Positions 1-13,538 of a stretch of 64,000 nt of DNA are shown one piece after another. Under the pieces are notes generated by a model. That model was not told the origin of the DNA. It made no database searches and saw nothing but the letters and a program-made list of their open reading frames with translations. The translations under genes were made by a program, and so were the position numbers. Position 1 is the first letter of the stretch. Each line of letters begins with the position of its first letter. Source of the DNA: Adineta vaga (lineage: Eukaryota; Animalia; Rotifera); contig CP075494.1 of assembly GCA_021613535.1 (NCBI GenBank), positions 11,780,001 through 11,844,000 on the forward strand. The letters run 5' to 3'.

Positions 1-87
1 CTTGCAGTAATTAACGTTTGAGTATTAAGATCCTAAATTAATTTATCGATTGTGAAAAGAATCAATCTAAGTCAAACAATACCCAAT

Positions 88-118
<31 letters not shown>

Positions 119-1069
119 AAACAAAAGAATAGACATGTAGACATAACTGTTTACTTTAATTATATTTCCACTCATATATACATTAGTATTTTTGACTCTT
201 ATCAAGATAGATACATGTACAGTTTGCATGTTTGAGAAAGAAAGTAAAAGTATGAAAGTTGGAAAGTGACATGTGCATGTTTTCCTCAAACAATTACTCA
301 GTAGTTACTATTCTCTAACATGAAGATATAATTAATCAGTCAATATATCATATAAAAACAAACTTTAGACGTCAGAAAACTATTCATTATGATTTTTCAC
401 TCTATTAAACAATCGTCCATCATGATCGTACTTTACTTCAATGATGTAATAGATCATCTATGCAATGAATGTTACTATTTTCTTGCATAATACTGATTAG
501 TCAACATTCGTTTATTATTTTTTTTCTCAGAAAAGAAAGAATGCTTACTTGAACATAATGAAGATGCATTTTAAATTTTTCGAAAAATAACCATCGTTTA
601 GCTTCATCGGGATCGAGATCATGAAAGAAATCTCTTGCGAAAAAGCCAAATGAATGAAAATCTAAATTTGGTGTTAATAAAATTGTAGTTGGCGTTTTTT
701 GATTGATTACACCTAGAAGTACTCATTTGTAGATGAAGGAAAAGGTTGAAAGTGAGACAAACCGGGATCATTTCCATCAACTTTGCGCATCATTAAAATC
801 GAATCAATATCTCGTGTAAATGCAAATGCATAACCACTATATGTTGTACCGAAATCAATGGCGACAACAACGAAGTGTTGACTCGATTTTTGACGATAAT
901 TTATTGATGATTCATTTCCTGAATCATCTGATGTAATAAGTTTAGTAGGATTTGTTGGGTATCGATATGATCCAGGACTATAGGAAGATGAAGCCATGTG
1001 TTTTTGATTTGAAGAAGGAAGTTCATGTGATGAATGAGGATAATCTTCTGATTCATTGGAAGGATTCAT
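1..1069 (-). CDS. HSPA12: HSPA12A/B-like atypical Hsp70, 5' part (exons 1069-763, 712-549, 32-<1; runs off the window)
   Basis: GT-AG spliced translation gives [16 protein letters not shown]...[62 protein letters not shown], matching the HSPA12 N-terminal actin-like ATPase motifs. Confidence 0.93.
88..118 (+). repeat. (GA)n microsatellite, intronic
   Basis: Direct reading: gacagagagagagagagagagagagagagaa. Confidence 0.9.
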
Positions 1070-1572
1070 TGATTGTGATTGATTGAGATTGATAGCTTCA
1101 GGTGAGTCTAAAAGTCATCGAAAAAAGAAAAAGAAATCTTTAGATATTTCCAGACAAAAAAAACTTTTGTTTTTCTTACCCATAAATTTCGTCCCTTTTT
1201 CTTTTCAAAAGAAAGATTATCAAATCATTGTCTTATATTTTTCTCTAATAATCGCACAAAAAAAAATGTTTTCGTCTTCTTGTTCTTACTGAGTTTTAAC
1301 GTATAAAATAAACATCAATGATTACTCTAGTCGAGAGTTATAGAGATGGCAAGAAGCAAATGATGAATGATCGGTTGTTCGCACGACGAAGAGAAGAAAA
1401 AGACGGTGTTTATTCCACTCACTGTACAATTCTATCTTCCTCTTCTTCTCTTTCTTTTGTTCTTCTTTTCTTTATGACTGTCTTGATCGAATACAGGAAA
1501 GAAAAGGAACAAGAAAAGATGATGATAAAGCACAAGCATCATCGTACAACGACTACTGCCATCATACTACTA

Positions 1573-1617
1573 TCATCATCATCATCATCAACAACAACAA
1601 CAACAACAACAACATCA
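1573..1617 (+). repeat. Compound (ATC)n(ACA)n microsatellite
   Basis: Direct reading: atcatcatc... followed by acaacaaca... Confidence 0.85.
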
Positions 1618-3822
1618 ATGAAAGAAAGAGAATATGAACTCTCATACAGCATCAAGAATGGCAAGGTGATCTCTTTTGCTATCCTATCAGATGATATGTC
1701 GGATGGTATCTGCTCAGCAGTAGATTCTTTGCCTTACTATCAAAGATGATGATAAGCAGATGGCTAATAGAGAGAGAATGAGGAGAATCTACGTATGAGA
1801 GGATTATTAGGAATAAGAAGTAAGGATTAGACTAAGACAAAAAAATAAGGGAGAAAGAAAGAAAGACAACCTCTTGACACACTTGTCTACTTCATCTAAT
1901 CATAATTGTTTAAACATACACAAATGCATACAATCATTATGTTCTCAAATAGGATTAAAGAATAAATTCATTTGATACATATTTCGATGAAAAGAAGAAC
2001 GAAAAGACTTTTTAACTTGCCTGTCTCGGATAATTCGTCACTGTCGGTCTTGTCATATGTATATGTCGTTTCTTCACGTAAAACATAATATGTCTTTGTT
2101 AAAAGTATCGATGGTAATATCATCAAATCATCCGTTACCATTATTTGACAAATGTAAAATGAGAATGATAAAATGACAATAATATGAAATCGATCATTTG
2201 AAAATGTTTCATTACTTTTTGGATCAACTAACAACTCACAATCGATTACATTGTCCTTTATTATATGTACATATATCGAAAGAAAGAAAAGAAGAATCGC
2301 ATCACTCGAAAGACAATGTTTAATAGAGTTATAGGAAAAGAACTAATCTTTGACGACGATGAGATACAAACGGATAAATCGTCAAAGAAGAAAAAGAAAT
2401 GCAGATAGTCAATGTAACAAGGAAGACAAATGAACCTCAGTGTTTGCTTTCTCTGTCTCTTTCCCTTCTATGATCCAATTTCTTGGTCTAAAGAATCTAT
2501 ATGATGTGCAATAACCAATAAATATCTCGAGTCGATCAATAATCAATGACGCAATACTAGACGATAAATTCTTTCCACAAAAAGTAACCATATGCGAGTG
2601 ATAACATTCCAACAAATACTTTCGCTAGTCTAATTACATTTCGAGAAAAAAATGTTTTCTCTTTTCGCTTTTATTAATTGAAAAAAAAAGAGAAAGAGAA
2701 AGAGAAAACTTCTATTTACCTTGATATTTATTATAGAAATTCTTTTCATAACCACAAGAAAAAAAAAACACCGGAACAATATACGTCAATGAAACCTAAT
2801 CATGTGTCTGTTTCGACTTATTTATAGCAATCATCGATCAACAATAGTGCTTGTCTGTTATTTATTGTCACCGGTTTTGTCATCAACGAACGGTTCTTTT
2901 TTTCCTAGCTAAAATCAAGTTATTGATGATGACATATGTTGACATATGTATATCACAATGGGAGAAAAAATAGATAGCTTGTGTATCTTTCCTTTGATTG
3001 ATTTTTTCGAAATAGGATTATTTGAAAAATAGTTTTATTTAAGCGGTTTGTCTAGAATATCCGAAGAAATGTAATTGTCAAACTGATATACAGATTAGAA
3101 TTTGATAAATGTGCTTTTTTCGACTTTATTCAAAGTATCATAAATTACACCTAAATGAATTTGTCAGATTTTTCTCGATCAGTATCAAGAATGTTGACTG
3201 CAAAACGTTTTTCTATGATTTCTCATGCGTACTAATTGATTTAGACTAGTAATATAAGCACAAACAATATCACAGTTGATGTTTCCATATGGTTTCTGGA
3301 GATTAAACAGACTTGTCGTATAATTAGTCTTTTTTAGAATGACCTCGATATTCGATTATCAGTCCAGATTGTTTTTCGTTATTTTTCCGCTTGAAACAAA
3401 TCGATTTTCTTAATTATTATTATTATTATTATCGTTCTTTAATCTAATCAATTTCAATAAAATAAACCCATAACGAACAAATATAACATTATGTATAATA
3501 AAACAAGAACATAACAAAATATAAAAACGTCCTCACAATCATTTCATACGCAAGAGACAAAGACGAATAATGAAATGATACAAATGTTGTCAGATAGACG
3601 TATAATGAAAATGTTTATCAATATTGTTGTTTTCGACGAAACGATGACGAATTCTAAAATGAAAAATATCAATATTCAAAAGTTATATGCAGATGCCATT
3701 TGTCGAAATCTAAGACAATAGATGAAGGAATATCGAGATCATATGCATGGAATATGTTGGTTTAGTTGAGAAGACATAATATTGATCGACTAGATTAAAA
3801 GAGGAAATGTATTTTTTTGTGA

Positions 3823-6800
3823 TTATAAATTCATTCGTCGACTAAGGCCATTTGGTAAATGTGATATTAATATTTCATCATTATCATAGGACATGGAAAG
3901 TGATTCTTGATTTTGACAACGTTGAAAATAATCTGATGGTTTAGATTTTTGAAATGAATAATGCATTGACGGTTCTGTAAGAAAAGCATCATTGTCCGAT
4001 GATGAAAAATCGCCATAACGTGATTGATGATCTCTGATGGAATGATGAATGGGTATGACTTCACATATCAAAGTATCTTTATCGAATGGTCGAGTATAAA
4101 AACATTCTAAAGGTGCAGAAAATTCAATTTCAAATTCTTGTTCAAAAAAATGTGCCCAATCATCGAAATGTATTGTATGATCAGTATCCTTGGTTGGTTG
4201 ATGACAGAAATCTTCAACGGAAGATTCATTCATATCTTCTACAATAGACGTTGTTTGTTCATGATGATTGGAATGGTGTTGCCGATTTTCTGTGATTGAT
4301 ACTTGAGTATTATTATGGTGAGTTGCTCGTTGTTTTACAATGCCTTTATATGAATCTCGTTCATTATTATCATCTGGATCATATTTATCTAGATCATCTG
4401 GAAATTTATCATCAGTAGGTTGAATTTCGTGCCACGATGTTGTTAAATCTGATCGAGGATGATTAATTAAATATGCATTAGTAATATGAATTTTCTTTTC
4501 GGGTTGTACACCGGTTATAAAAGTCGATCGTACGATTTCAGGCGAATTCCATGAATCTTCATCTTCGTCCGTTTCAGTTGGTTGTATAACAATACGTTGA
4601 ATAGCATTTAATAGATGTTTACTAGATGATGATGATGATGAGGATGATGCTTTATCCGTTGGTTGAGATAATGCCCGACCTTCTTGCAACCAAAGACAAA
4701 ATCCACGTGATAAAATATTATCAGCATTTTGTTTCGAATCTTTATCTGATTTATCTGAATTGATGACTTGTATTACAAATTCATCATCTTCATCATGAAT
4801 ATTTTCATCATCACTGGAGATTTCCTGGTGATCAGGTTGTATTTCAGGTGTTGAAGGATAATCAAATTCATTGGTGAGAAGAGATTTTGCTTCATGATCT
4901 TTTGCTAACATTTTTGGTCGAGATTTTTTTACTGGAATATATTCAGATGATGATGTTGTTGTTGCTGTTGATGTAACATCAGGTTCATCATGAGAATGAG
5001 TTGATGATGATGGACATATTTCATTGGTATTCAATTTTTGACGAATATATTCGGGAAGAAATAGATCTAATTTATCATCGGTATTCGATTTATCTTTTGA
5101 TGGAATAAGTTGAGAATCGATGTTTTGACTTGATAAATTAGTTGATACCATACAAAATGAAGTATGAGATTTCTGAAGATCGGAATCAATGTTAATATGT
5201 GTAACATGCTTTGTTATAGATATATTTGTTGAAGAAGTTGATGTATCGTCGTCATCCGGTTTAGTCCTTGTACAGATTTTCTTCTTTCGTGATCTAATCC
5301 TTCTTTTATTTGCTATAGTTTTAGTTTGTTCATCTTCAATGTGGGTAGATGGTGTTAGAATTTCTGTTATTGGTTCGTCGAGTTTTGTTGAGATTTGATT
5401 CAATGATTCAGAGGGATTGTTCGGTTTAATTGATTCTGCTACATGGATATCATTGTCTTCTTTGGGAATATCATCAGCTGATGCAGTTGATTCTTGAAGG
5501 ACAATAACTAAGGATGTGGATGATTTATCAGTCGACAATATAGTTTCAGTATTTTCAATTTCATGTAACGATTCGATATTTTGAGTAGTAATTATTTCAT
5601 AGTCAGTAGTAGTGAATGATGTTTCATCTGAAGTTAAAGGTAATTTGTTTTCTGATGAAGTCTCTTCGACAGATAAAGGAGTTGAGTCAGCATTATTGCG
5701 TGATGATAATGATGGTTTCACCTCAGCCTCTGTTTTTGTCTTCATCGATTTTTCTAATATATCATTTTGTGATGTCTCACTAATGGAGATAATTTCTGAT
5801 GGGAGTGAGTCAAATGTGGTGTAAGTATCATCAGTTGACTTTTTATCATTAATCGATATAAGATTTGACTTGTTGAATATTGTTAAAGTTGTATGTGAAG
5901 ATTTGGGTTTTTGCTTTTGAACTACTTCGGAACCATTATTATCGTTCTCTGCCACAGTGGTCCTCTCGACGTCAGTAGTCGTAGTGTTTACTGTCGGTGA
6001 TTGTTTTATAATATTGACTTGACCAGTTCGTTTTGTTGGAGATAACTGAAACGTCTTGAGTATCGACTGAGATTGTTTAGTTTCCTGTTGGTTAGATCTG
6101 AATGGTGTTACGATGGTACTATTCGTACAAGGAGTTGATCGTGATGCTGAAGTTGGACGACCATGGATAGAGGCAGATTTTGGATTAGTATCGTGGCTAA
6201 TACTTTGGTTGCATGGAGTTTTTGCTAATGAAAAGATACGAGCTTTCTCAGATACAGGTGCTGATTTCATACGTTTACGATGACGTACAACTTGAAAACC
6301 ATCGTTATCTTCTTCTGAATTTGTTTGCTTCAAAGAAACATTTGAATTTTTGGCAGTAGATGATGGCGTTACTGAGCTTTGTGATTTTGATTCTTGTTCT
6401 TTGATAGTAGATTTGGAACTAAAAACTAATTCGTTTTTGTTAGGAATATTCGATGTTGTCAAAAGATTTTTCTGTTTATTCACTATTGGTATATTCAACA
6501 TATCCATATGAGAAGTAGAAATTGGTTTCGAAGTAACAATTGATAATGGCTGTATTTTTTCACAGCCTGGGCCTGAACGTACACGTTTGCGATTCGTAAC
6601 TAATTGGAATCCTTCGTTGTCCTCTTCCTTTTCTTCTTCGTTCAATTGTAGAGCAAGACGAATAGTAGCTGTCTTCTTTATAGACGATGTTTGACTCGAC
6701 GAAGGAGATGGTAGAGTTGATTCTGGTGAAGGTGATAATTTTGGCTCGGTCGAAGTAGCAGTAGTAGTAGCGATAGATTTTTTCTTCTTTACTGACTTCT

Positions 6801-9800
6801 TTTTGGATTCAGCAGTAGAAAATACATTTTTCACTTCGGATTCTAAAACTTGATTGATCACAGGTAAGGTTTGAGCCTGTATATCGACGTCAATGGCTGT
6901 TGCTTCGGGGGTATCGAATTCGATTAGTTGTTTTTTAGTTTTCTTTCTTCTTCGATGTCTTTTCTTGCTGGCTGTACTGACAGTTTCAGGAAGAGTTGAA
7001 GATGTAGTGGTTGAGACAGCTAGATGATCGTGTAAGGGAATAGGTTCAAGATCGATATCAGAACTAAGTGTTGATTTAGTTGAAGTGCTAGGTGAGATTA
7101 ATGTTGAAGGAGTTTCCAAAAAATGTTGTTGAATTTCTTCGAGCTTAGAAGACTTGTTATCATTGCATGTTTCGATTTGACGTACAGTAGGTTTTGGTGT
7201 TTCTTCATTAACTGCAATGGTATTTGATAATGAACTATCTTCTTGTACAACTCTTGCCATTACTGATGATAAATCGACTACGGGTTGAATAAGTGTATGA
7301 AGTCGATCAAGTAACAAAGAATATCGAAAATGTAAATCAACACTTGAGATCATCTTTGCTTGTGTATCATTATCATTCGAGATATTCGATTGCTGTTGTT
7401 CATTTGAAAGTTCTTGGGTTGCATTAATAATCGATGGTTCATTAATCTTCGGATGTTCCAGTTTCACTACTGTTGCAGATTGCAGAATATGAAAATCCTG
7501 TTTGTTGTCATTAGATGTTGTTAGTTCAGGAGCATCAAATGATACAATGTCTTCCTTATTATTCCTTTTCTTTTTATGTTTTTTCTTAGCGACTATACCC
7601 ACAGGTTGTGAAATAGGAATGGAAGTATTTGCACGTTCATGAAGTACAACTGGTTTAGGATCAATATTGGGACTAAGAGATAATTTAGTGGAAGATATAA
7701 GTGTTGGTAATGGCGAAGGAATTCGTTTACTACATTGAAAATCATCTTCATCCTTGGTTCCTGTTTTGAGGTTTTGTGGATTGATCTGTTCAAGGATTTG
7801 TTTCTGATGTTCAACTGGTGTTGCGAGGATAGACTGTTTTCGAGAACAATTGAGAAGATTATGTAATTGTGCCATTTTTGTTTCAGCATCAACAATAATA
7901 TAATAACTTGAATACCATGGATAATCATCATAGATAACTTGTAGTTTTTGGTCTACTGTTTTGTTTTCAAGTTCAATTTCGGGCGTATTCTCAGAACTCG
8001 AGACTGCTTGAGTGAAAAGCAGACGTTCAGATTCAGTAGAAGCAATTTTATATTGACTTGAATACCAGGCACGATTAGAAGGTTTAAGTCGTTCCTGGAT
8101 TTGTTTATCTTTTTTTGATTCGATAAATATAACCGTTGAATTCGTATTTAATTGGTCAATTTCATGGTCTGATGTTTGATTTATTTGAGATAAGGTAGAT
8201 TCTTCAACATCGTTTGGTTGTGATTGTACATGATCAGTATGTTGAACGATGTCTTTTTTATCTTTCTTCTTTCTTCTTTGTTTTCTCTTGTTGATTGTGT
8301 TGGTAGTTTGTGAAATGGTGGAGGAGCCAGCCGTTGAGATGTTCAGATGATCAGAACTAAGAACTGGTGGTGATAGTGGTATTGTCTCATGGGTTGCTGG
8401 TGATGAAATATTTTCAGGACATTGACGAATATTATCTGCAATGTTGACTTCATTTTCATTGTTTTGTGTAGTGATTTGTTCATCTGATTCAATCGAAGAT
8501 TCGACTATTGTAGAAAGAAAAGGCTGTTGATGATTAAATGTTAACATGCTATATAACTGAGCAATTTTTGTTTCAGCATCAGCAATCATGTAATGACTTG
8601 GATACCATGGATAATCATCATTGAAGATTGGAAGTTGTTGATCAGTTGATTTTTGTTCCACTTCATTCTGTGACTTATTATCGAAAGTGTATGGTCGTTG
8701 AGTAGAAAGCCAAGAATCGTCCGTAGTTTCTGTTGTTTGTTGTTGTTGTTGTTGTATTGATGCGCTTTGATCGATATCTTCTATGTGTTTATCAACCAAA
8801 TGTAAAGATGAATCTGAGATAATAACTTTTTTATCCGATATAGTAAAATCTGATGTAGCTGCTGAAATATCATCTAATGCACCAACAGATGATGATGATG
8901 ATGATGATGATTGTGTCTGGAATAAAACGAAAAAATAATATTGACATAGACTTGAAAAACAAATTGTACACTTACTTCTGTTTCCGGTAGTTCTCCAAGG
9001 ACGTGCATTGATGATTGTATCGGTAATGAATCATATATACTATCCGAATCTGAATTGACATTTACTACTGTTACATGAGAGATCTCACTCGATAAAGGTT
9101 CTTCTTCTTCTTCGATTGTTTCGAGGAAATATGGTTGAAGATCTGTAAGCACAGAATTTAACTCACGATCGGATATTTCTTCTTCTTCTTCTTCTCCTTC
9201 TTCTTGGTATAAAAAGATATTTGATTGAATGCCGGCTGTAAGGATTGTTTTATCTCGTAGATCGGCTTGATTTTTCACTTGTTCTTTGGATTCAATGATG
9301 TCTGATGGTGAGATTTCTTCGATATACATGGATTGACATTGTTCTTCAGTTTGAGATGTCTTTTCCATAGATTTAAATTGTTCATCTTCTGATTCATCGG
9401 AGAGATTGATATAAGATATTTCATCGACAGTATTATCGACAACGCTAGAAATACCAAATATTTGATGATATTCTTTCGAAGGTAAATTAGAAACGATTGA
9501 AAATGATTCTAAATTGAAAGATTTGATATGATTATCGATCTCAGATTGTTTTTCTGCTAGTCCTGCTTCATTAATTAATGTTTGAGTATGACGTTGTTCT
9601 TGTAACTCATAATAGATTTTGGTAAAATCAGATAAATCTTTTTCCTCCAGAAGTTGTATATCATTGAAAGGAAGATATTCGGTTCGTAAAAAGTTCCACG
9701 AAGATATTTGTTCAGCAATTGCTGTCATATCCGTTAAGTTTTCTGCAGAATTTTGTATAGAAATTGCTGGAATGTCAGTTAAAGTAATAACTGAAGACGT

Positions 9801-12691
9801 TTCGATAGATTTTTGAAGAGTATCATGAGTGTTTGTTTCGTTCGAAAGAGAAATATGAATTAATCCAGGAGCAAGTAGAATAGGTTCTAATTTGGATTCA
9901 TTGATAACATTGTGCAAAACAGATGGTGCTGCAGTTGTACCGGGTGGTGATAATGCAGATTTATCAATATGTGAGATTGTTGGAAGAGGTAAGGTAAAGA
10001 GTGGAGACAATGATTTCGTTTGAGGATCAGATGTTGATGAATTGTTATCAAATGGAAGGCATGTATTATTTCTTTTGTCAGAAGTTAATGTGGAAAGATC
10101 TTCGCGAATACTACTTTCGTTCGACATTGTAGATGTGAGATGTGTAGACTGGTTGATAGTTGTTTTACTTTCAGCGACGATTTCCGAAGCCAACTCGATT
10201 AATCCAACGATTTTTTCAGATTCCATAGAATCTCGGTCGCTTGTGTTTGTGGATAATGCTGACGTAGAATTTATTGGTTTTGAAATTTCAGTGACGGAAT
10301 TCTTAGTTAATTTTGATATAATGTCTTTTCGATACTCGGTAATTGATGGAAATTGAATATTAAGTGTTTTAATTTTATTTGTTTGAACTTTATTAGTAAG
10401 AGAGTCCAGTAGTAATTCTACATTTTCATTATTGTCATTAGCAGGACTGATTGGTGTTGATGTTAATGATTGTTGATTGCTATTGATTGCTGTTTTTTCA
10501 TCTTCTAGCAAAGAACAAGTTCTGGTTGGTTCATTTTCATTGATGTCTCGTTGTTGTTCTTCTAAAGGTATCTTTGTCATTGATCGTCCAAAAATATTTG
10601 TTTCCTGTTTTCCAACAACTTCGGGCGAACTAGTAATTGATTTTACATCTTGTTCTTTTGTAATCAATGTACGTTCTACTTTCATTTCGGTTAATGGTAT
10701 AGACATAGCTATTATACTTTCATTTGTAGATATATTTTGGTGAGAAATTGTTTCTTTTGTAGTGTCAATGAGTAAACATACATCTTCCGATTTGTTCAGT
10801 GTTTGTAAGCTTTCAATATGTGATTCTGATTGATTATTGTTTGTTCTTTTTTCATATCTAATTAAAGGAAGAGAAAACGATTCGATTTCAACTATGATAA
10901 ACTTCATATCTTACTTATGACGAACGTAATCTCCAGATTCTTTCGCTGATGTAAACGATTGACAGCTATCATCAATAGAATCGTGCCTTGCTTTTGCAGG
11001 TGCCAGTAACGATCGATAATCATGTTTTTCATCAAGTTTTGGAACTTGAATGTTTTGATTCAAATCCGTTGAACAATACTCAGGTATCGATGACTCATTT
11101 TCATCTTTGTTACAATGATCGATCGATGTTATTCTTTTTACAATCATTTCATGATTATCATGTTGAACATGAGTTTGTTTTTCAACATTGAAACATGATG
11201 GATGAGATTCATTTGTTTCTTCGTCGACATTATTTTGATATTTTTCTTTAGTTTTATCGGATAAATCTGTGTTGTGTTCATCTGACTTTTGTAAAACAGA
11301 CTGTTTCGAAATATCTTTAGCGATCATATCGATATTAGTAAATTGATCACCTACATAAGAGTAAGCATACAAATGAAAATGGACATACTTTTATTCTAAT
11401 GGATATATAATTATAATGTTAAGAATCGAAAGAAACAAAAGCAAGATTTTGATTGTTTAAAAAAAGAATTATTAGATTTCATAGAAAATCGATCGATCGA
11501 TACGTAATTTAAACGATGATGTCATATGGATTGTTGTACAATCAAGAACAAAAAAACCGGTTATTACTCATTTTGAATAGACTCAGTATGGCATATACTC
11601 GTTTAAGAGACCTATTTTATGCTCTCATGCATCAATTAATGATCGATATGAATGATTCTTTTCGTTTGAATGAAAGCCTTAACCTTTATCAACGTTCAAT
11701 CTCATCATAGTCTTCTCTGGATTAGGAAACCATGTTTGTATTCTAATCTCTATTCATGTTATCAAGGAAATTACTTACCAGTGGTAATTGAAGGAATGCA
11801 TTTGTCAGCTAGATAGTTTGTTGCTGTTAATTGATGATTATCACCGGGTAAATCATTGTTAAGCTTACTATAATTATCACCAGTTTGAATGATCGAATTG
11901 AAATTTGTTGTTTTAATTCGTTTACGTTTTGTACGTCGTTTTTTAATTTTACGAAAATTTCGAGATTCTATACGCGTATGATTAATTTCTCTTGTCGATT
12001 GAATTTGATCACCTGAATATGTGATTTCATAAGAAATTTCTTCAGTTATTGTAGGTTCAATTTCTTCAAATTCAAAATAATCTTCAATCTGTAATTCGCC
12101 TTGTTGTCGAACAATGGTTTTTGTATCATTACCCCAACGTTCAATTAATGTTGGATAATGATCAAGATATGTTATGTCAAGAATTTCATCATCAAGAATT
12201 TCATCATCTGATTCATTTAAATAATGTGTTCTACGATAAGGAGATAATGATGATGTAGTACGAGGCACGGAGGAATACAATGGTTCATAATCTTGAAAAT
12301 GATGATTCATTGAATACGTTGGATAAGATGTGTACATTGAATATCTTGAACGATTCATGGAAAGAGAGTTATTTTGATCTCTGATATTACTGTTGAAGGA
12401 TGTTGAGACCAGATTCGTCATTGAATTGTTGACGATTGGACGAATGTACTGTTCGCTATGAAACGATGTAACTAAATCAATACCTTTTTTTATTTGTCGC
12501 TCTCTTTCTTTCTCTTGGTCGGTGTCGACCGATAATTTTCTCTTCACATCATCTTCTCGTCTTTCTCTTTCACCTTTTTCTTTTTCTCTTTGATTTTTGC
12601 GAGTATCATTAATATTTGTTCTTTTCATTCTAACTTCAATAGATTGCTCATCTCGATTAATATTGTTATGATTATTAGAACTATTCATCAT
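3823..12691 (-). CDS. Giant (~2,770 aa) Ser/Thr/Glu-rich, mostly disordered protein with internal repeats; function unknown (exons 12691-11779, 11350-10915, 10857-8976, 8916-3823)
   Basis: Four long ORFs join in frame through canonical GT-AG junctions (phases 1, 2, 0). Contains repeated DDYPWY...DAETK, GFQxVxxRKR and basic-cluster/FDxPE modules. Confidence 0.8.
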
Positions 12692-13538
12692 CGTATTAGT
12701 AAACCTAGGCAACTTACTTTCAATCTATGTGGTTACTGTATGTCATTTCTAGGTCTAATTCCATATGCAAAAGAGATTGTAGTATATGTATATGTTTATT
12801 ATTGATTCGTCTCTATTAATAATCTTGTAATATTTCATTAGTTTCTTTTTTTCTCTTTTTTTCTTCTCGCTTCCCATTCTGTTTTCTACATTCCCCATAA
12901 AGAGAAATATTAGTCGACTGCGGAATGTACCACTTTGTATTCAAAGTCTCATCGTATGTTACTTTTTTTTTCTCTGATAAAAAAAACATTGTGCTAGTTA
13001 GCTCCTGATTTTGTTCTTCTCGTAAACATTCTTTCGCTTCGTCGTCTTCTTCCTTTTTCTCTCTTCTAGTATGCCATCGTCAATATTATTATTAGTAATA
13101 TATCTGAAATAACACTCTCATTCGATTGTTACATCGATGAATTCTTTTCAAATTTTGAAGAGGTTAATAATTCTAAATATTTATTCAACAATGAAACAGA
13201 TGATGTCGAAAGAGAAGAAATGTAAATCATGCACGTCTCGTTATTCATTGTTGTCTTTTTTTTTCTAACATACATGAATTTCGATTATCAAATTTCTCTT
13301 CTGTTTCAATTGAAGAATTTTGAATGACAAAAGAGAACAAGAAAAAAAGAAGTACAACGAACGTACACACACTCGAAAGGGTGTGTACAAAAAAGAAAGA
13401 GAAGAAAGAAAAGAAAAGGAAATATATGGCTGTGTAGGTGTTCTTAAACATACAAGAATATTAGTCAGACAATGATGCGTAATATATTTTCATCATTACA
13501 CTTGGCTTATAATATATGAATAATATGTTTATATCAGT

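Noticed and set aside
1083-2615. Short ORFs such as 1318-1749
   Set aside because: Composed of microsatellite and purine/pyrimidine runs with no domain signal; most likely HSPA12 5' UTR, intron or promoter sequence.
5189-10743. Plus-strand ORFs antisense to the giant gene (similarly 15163-15600, 36769-37095)
   Set aside because: Shadow ORFs expected opposite long TCA/GAT/ACA-rich coding exons.
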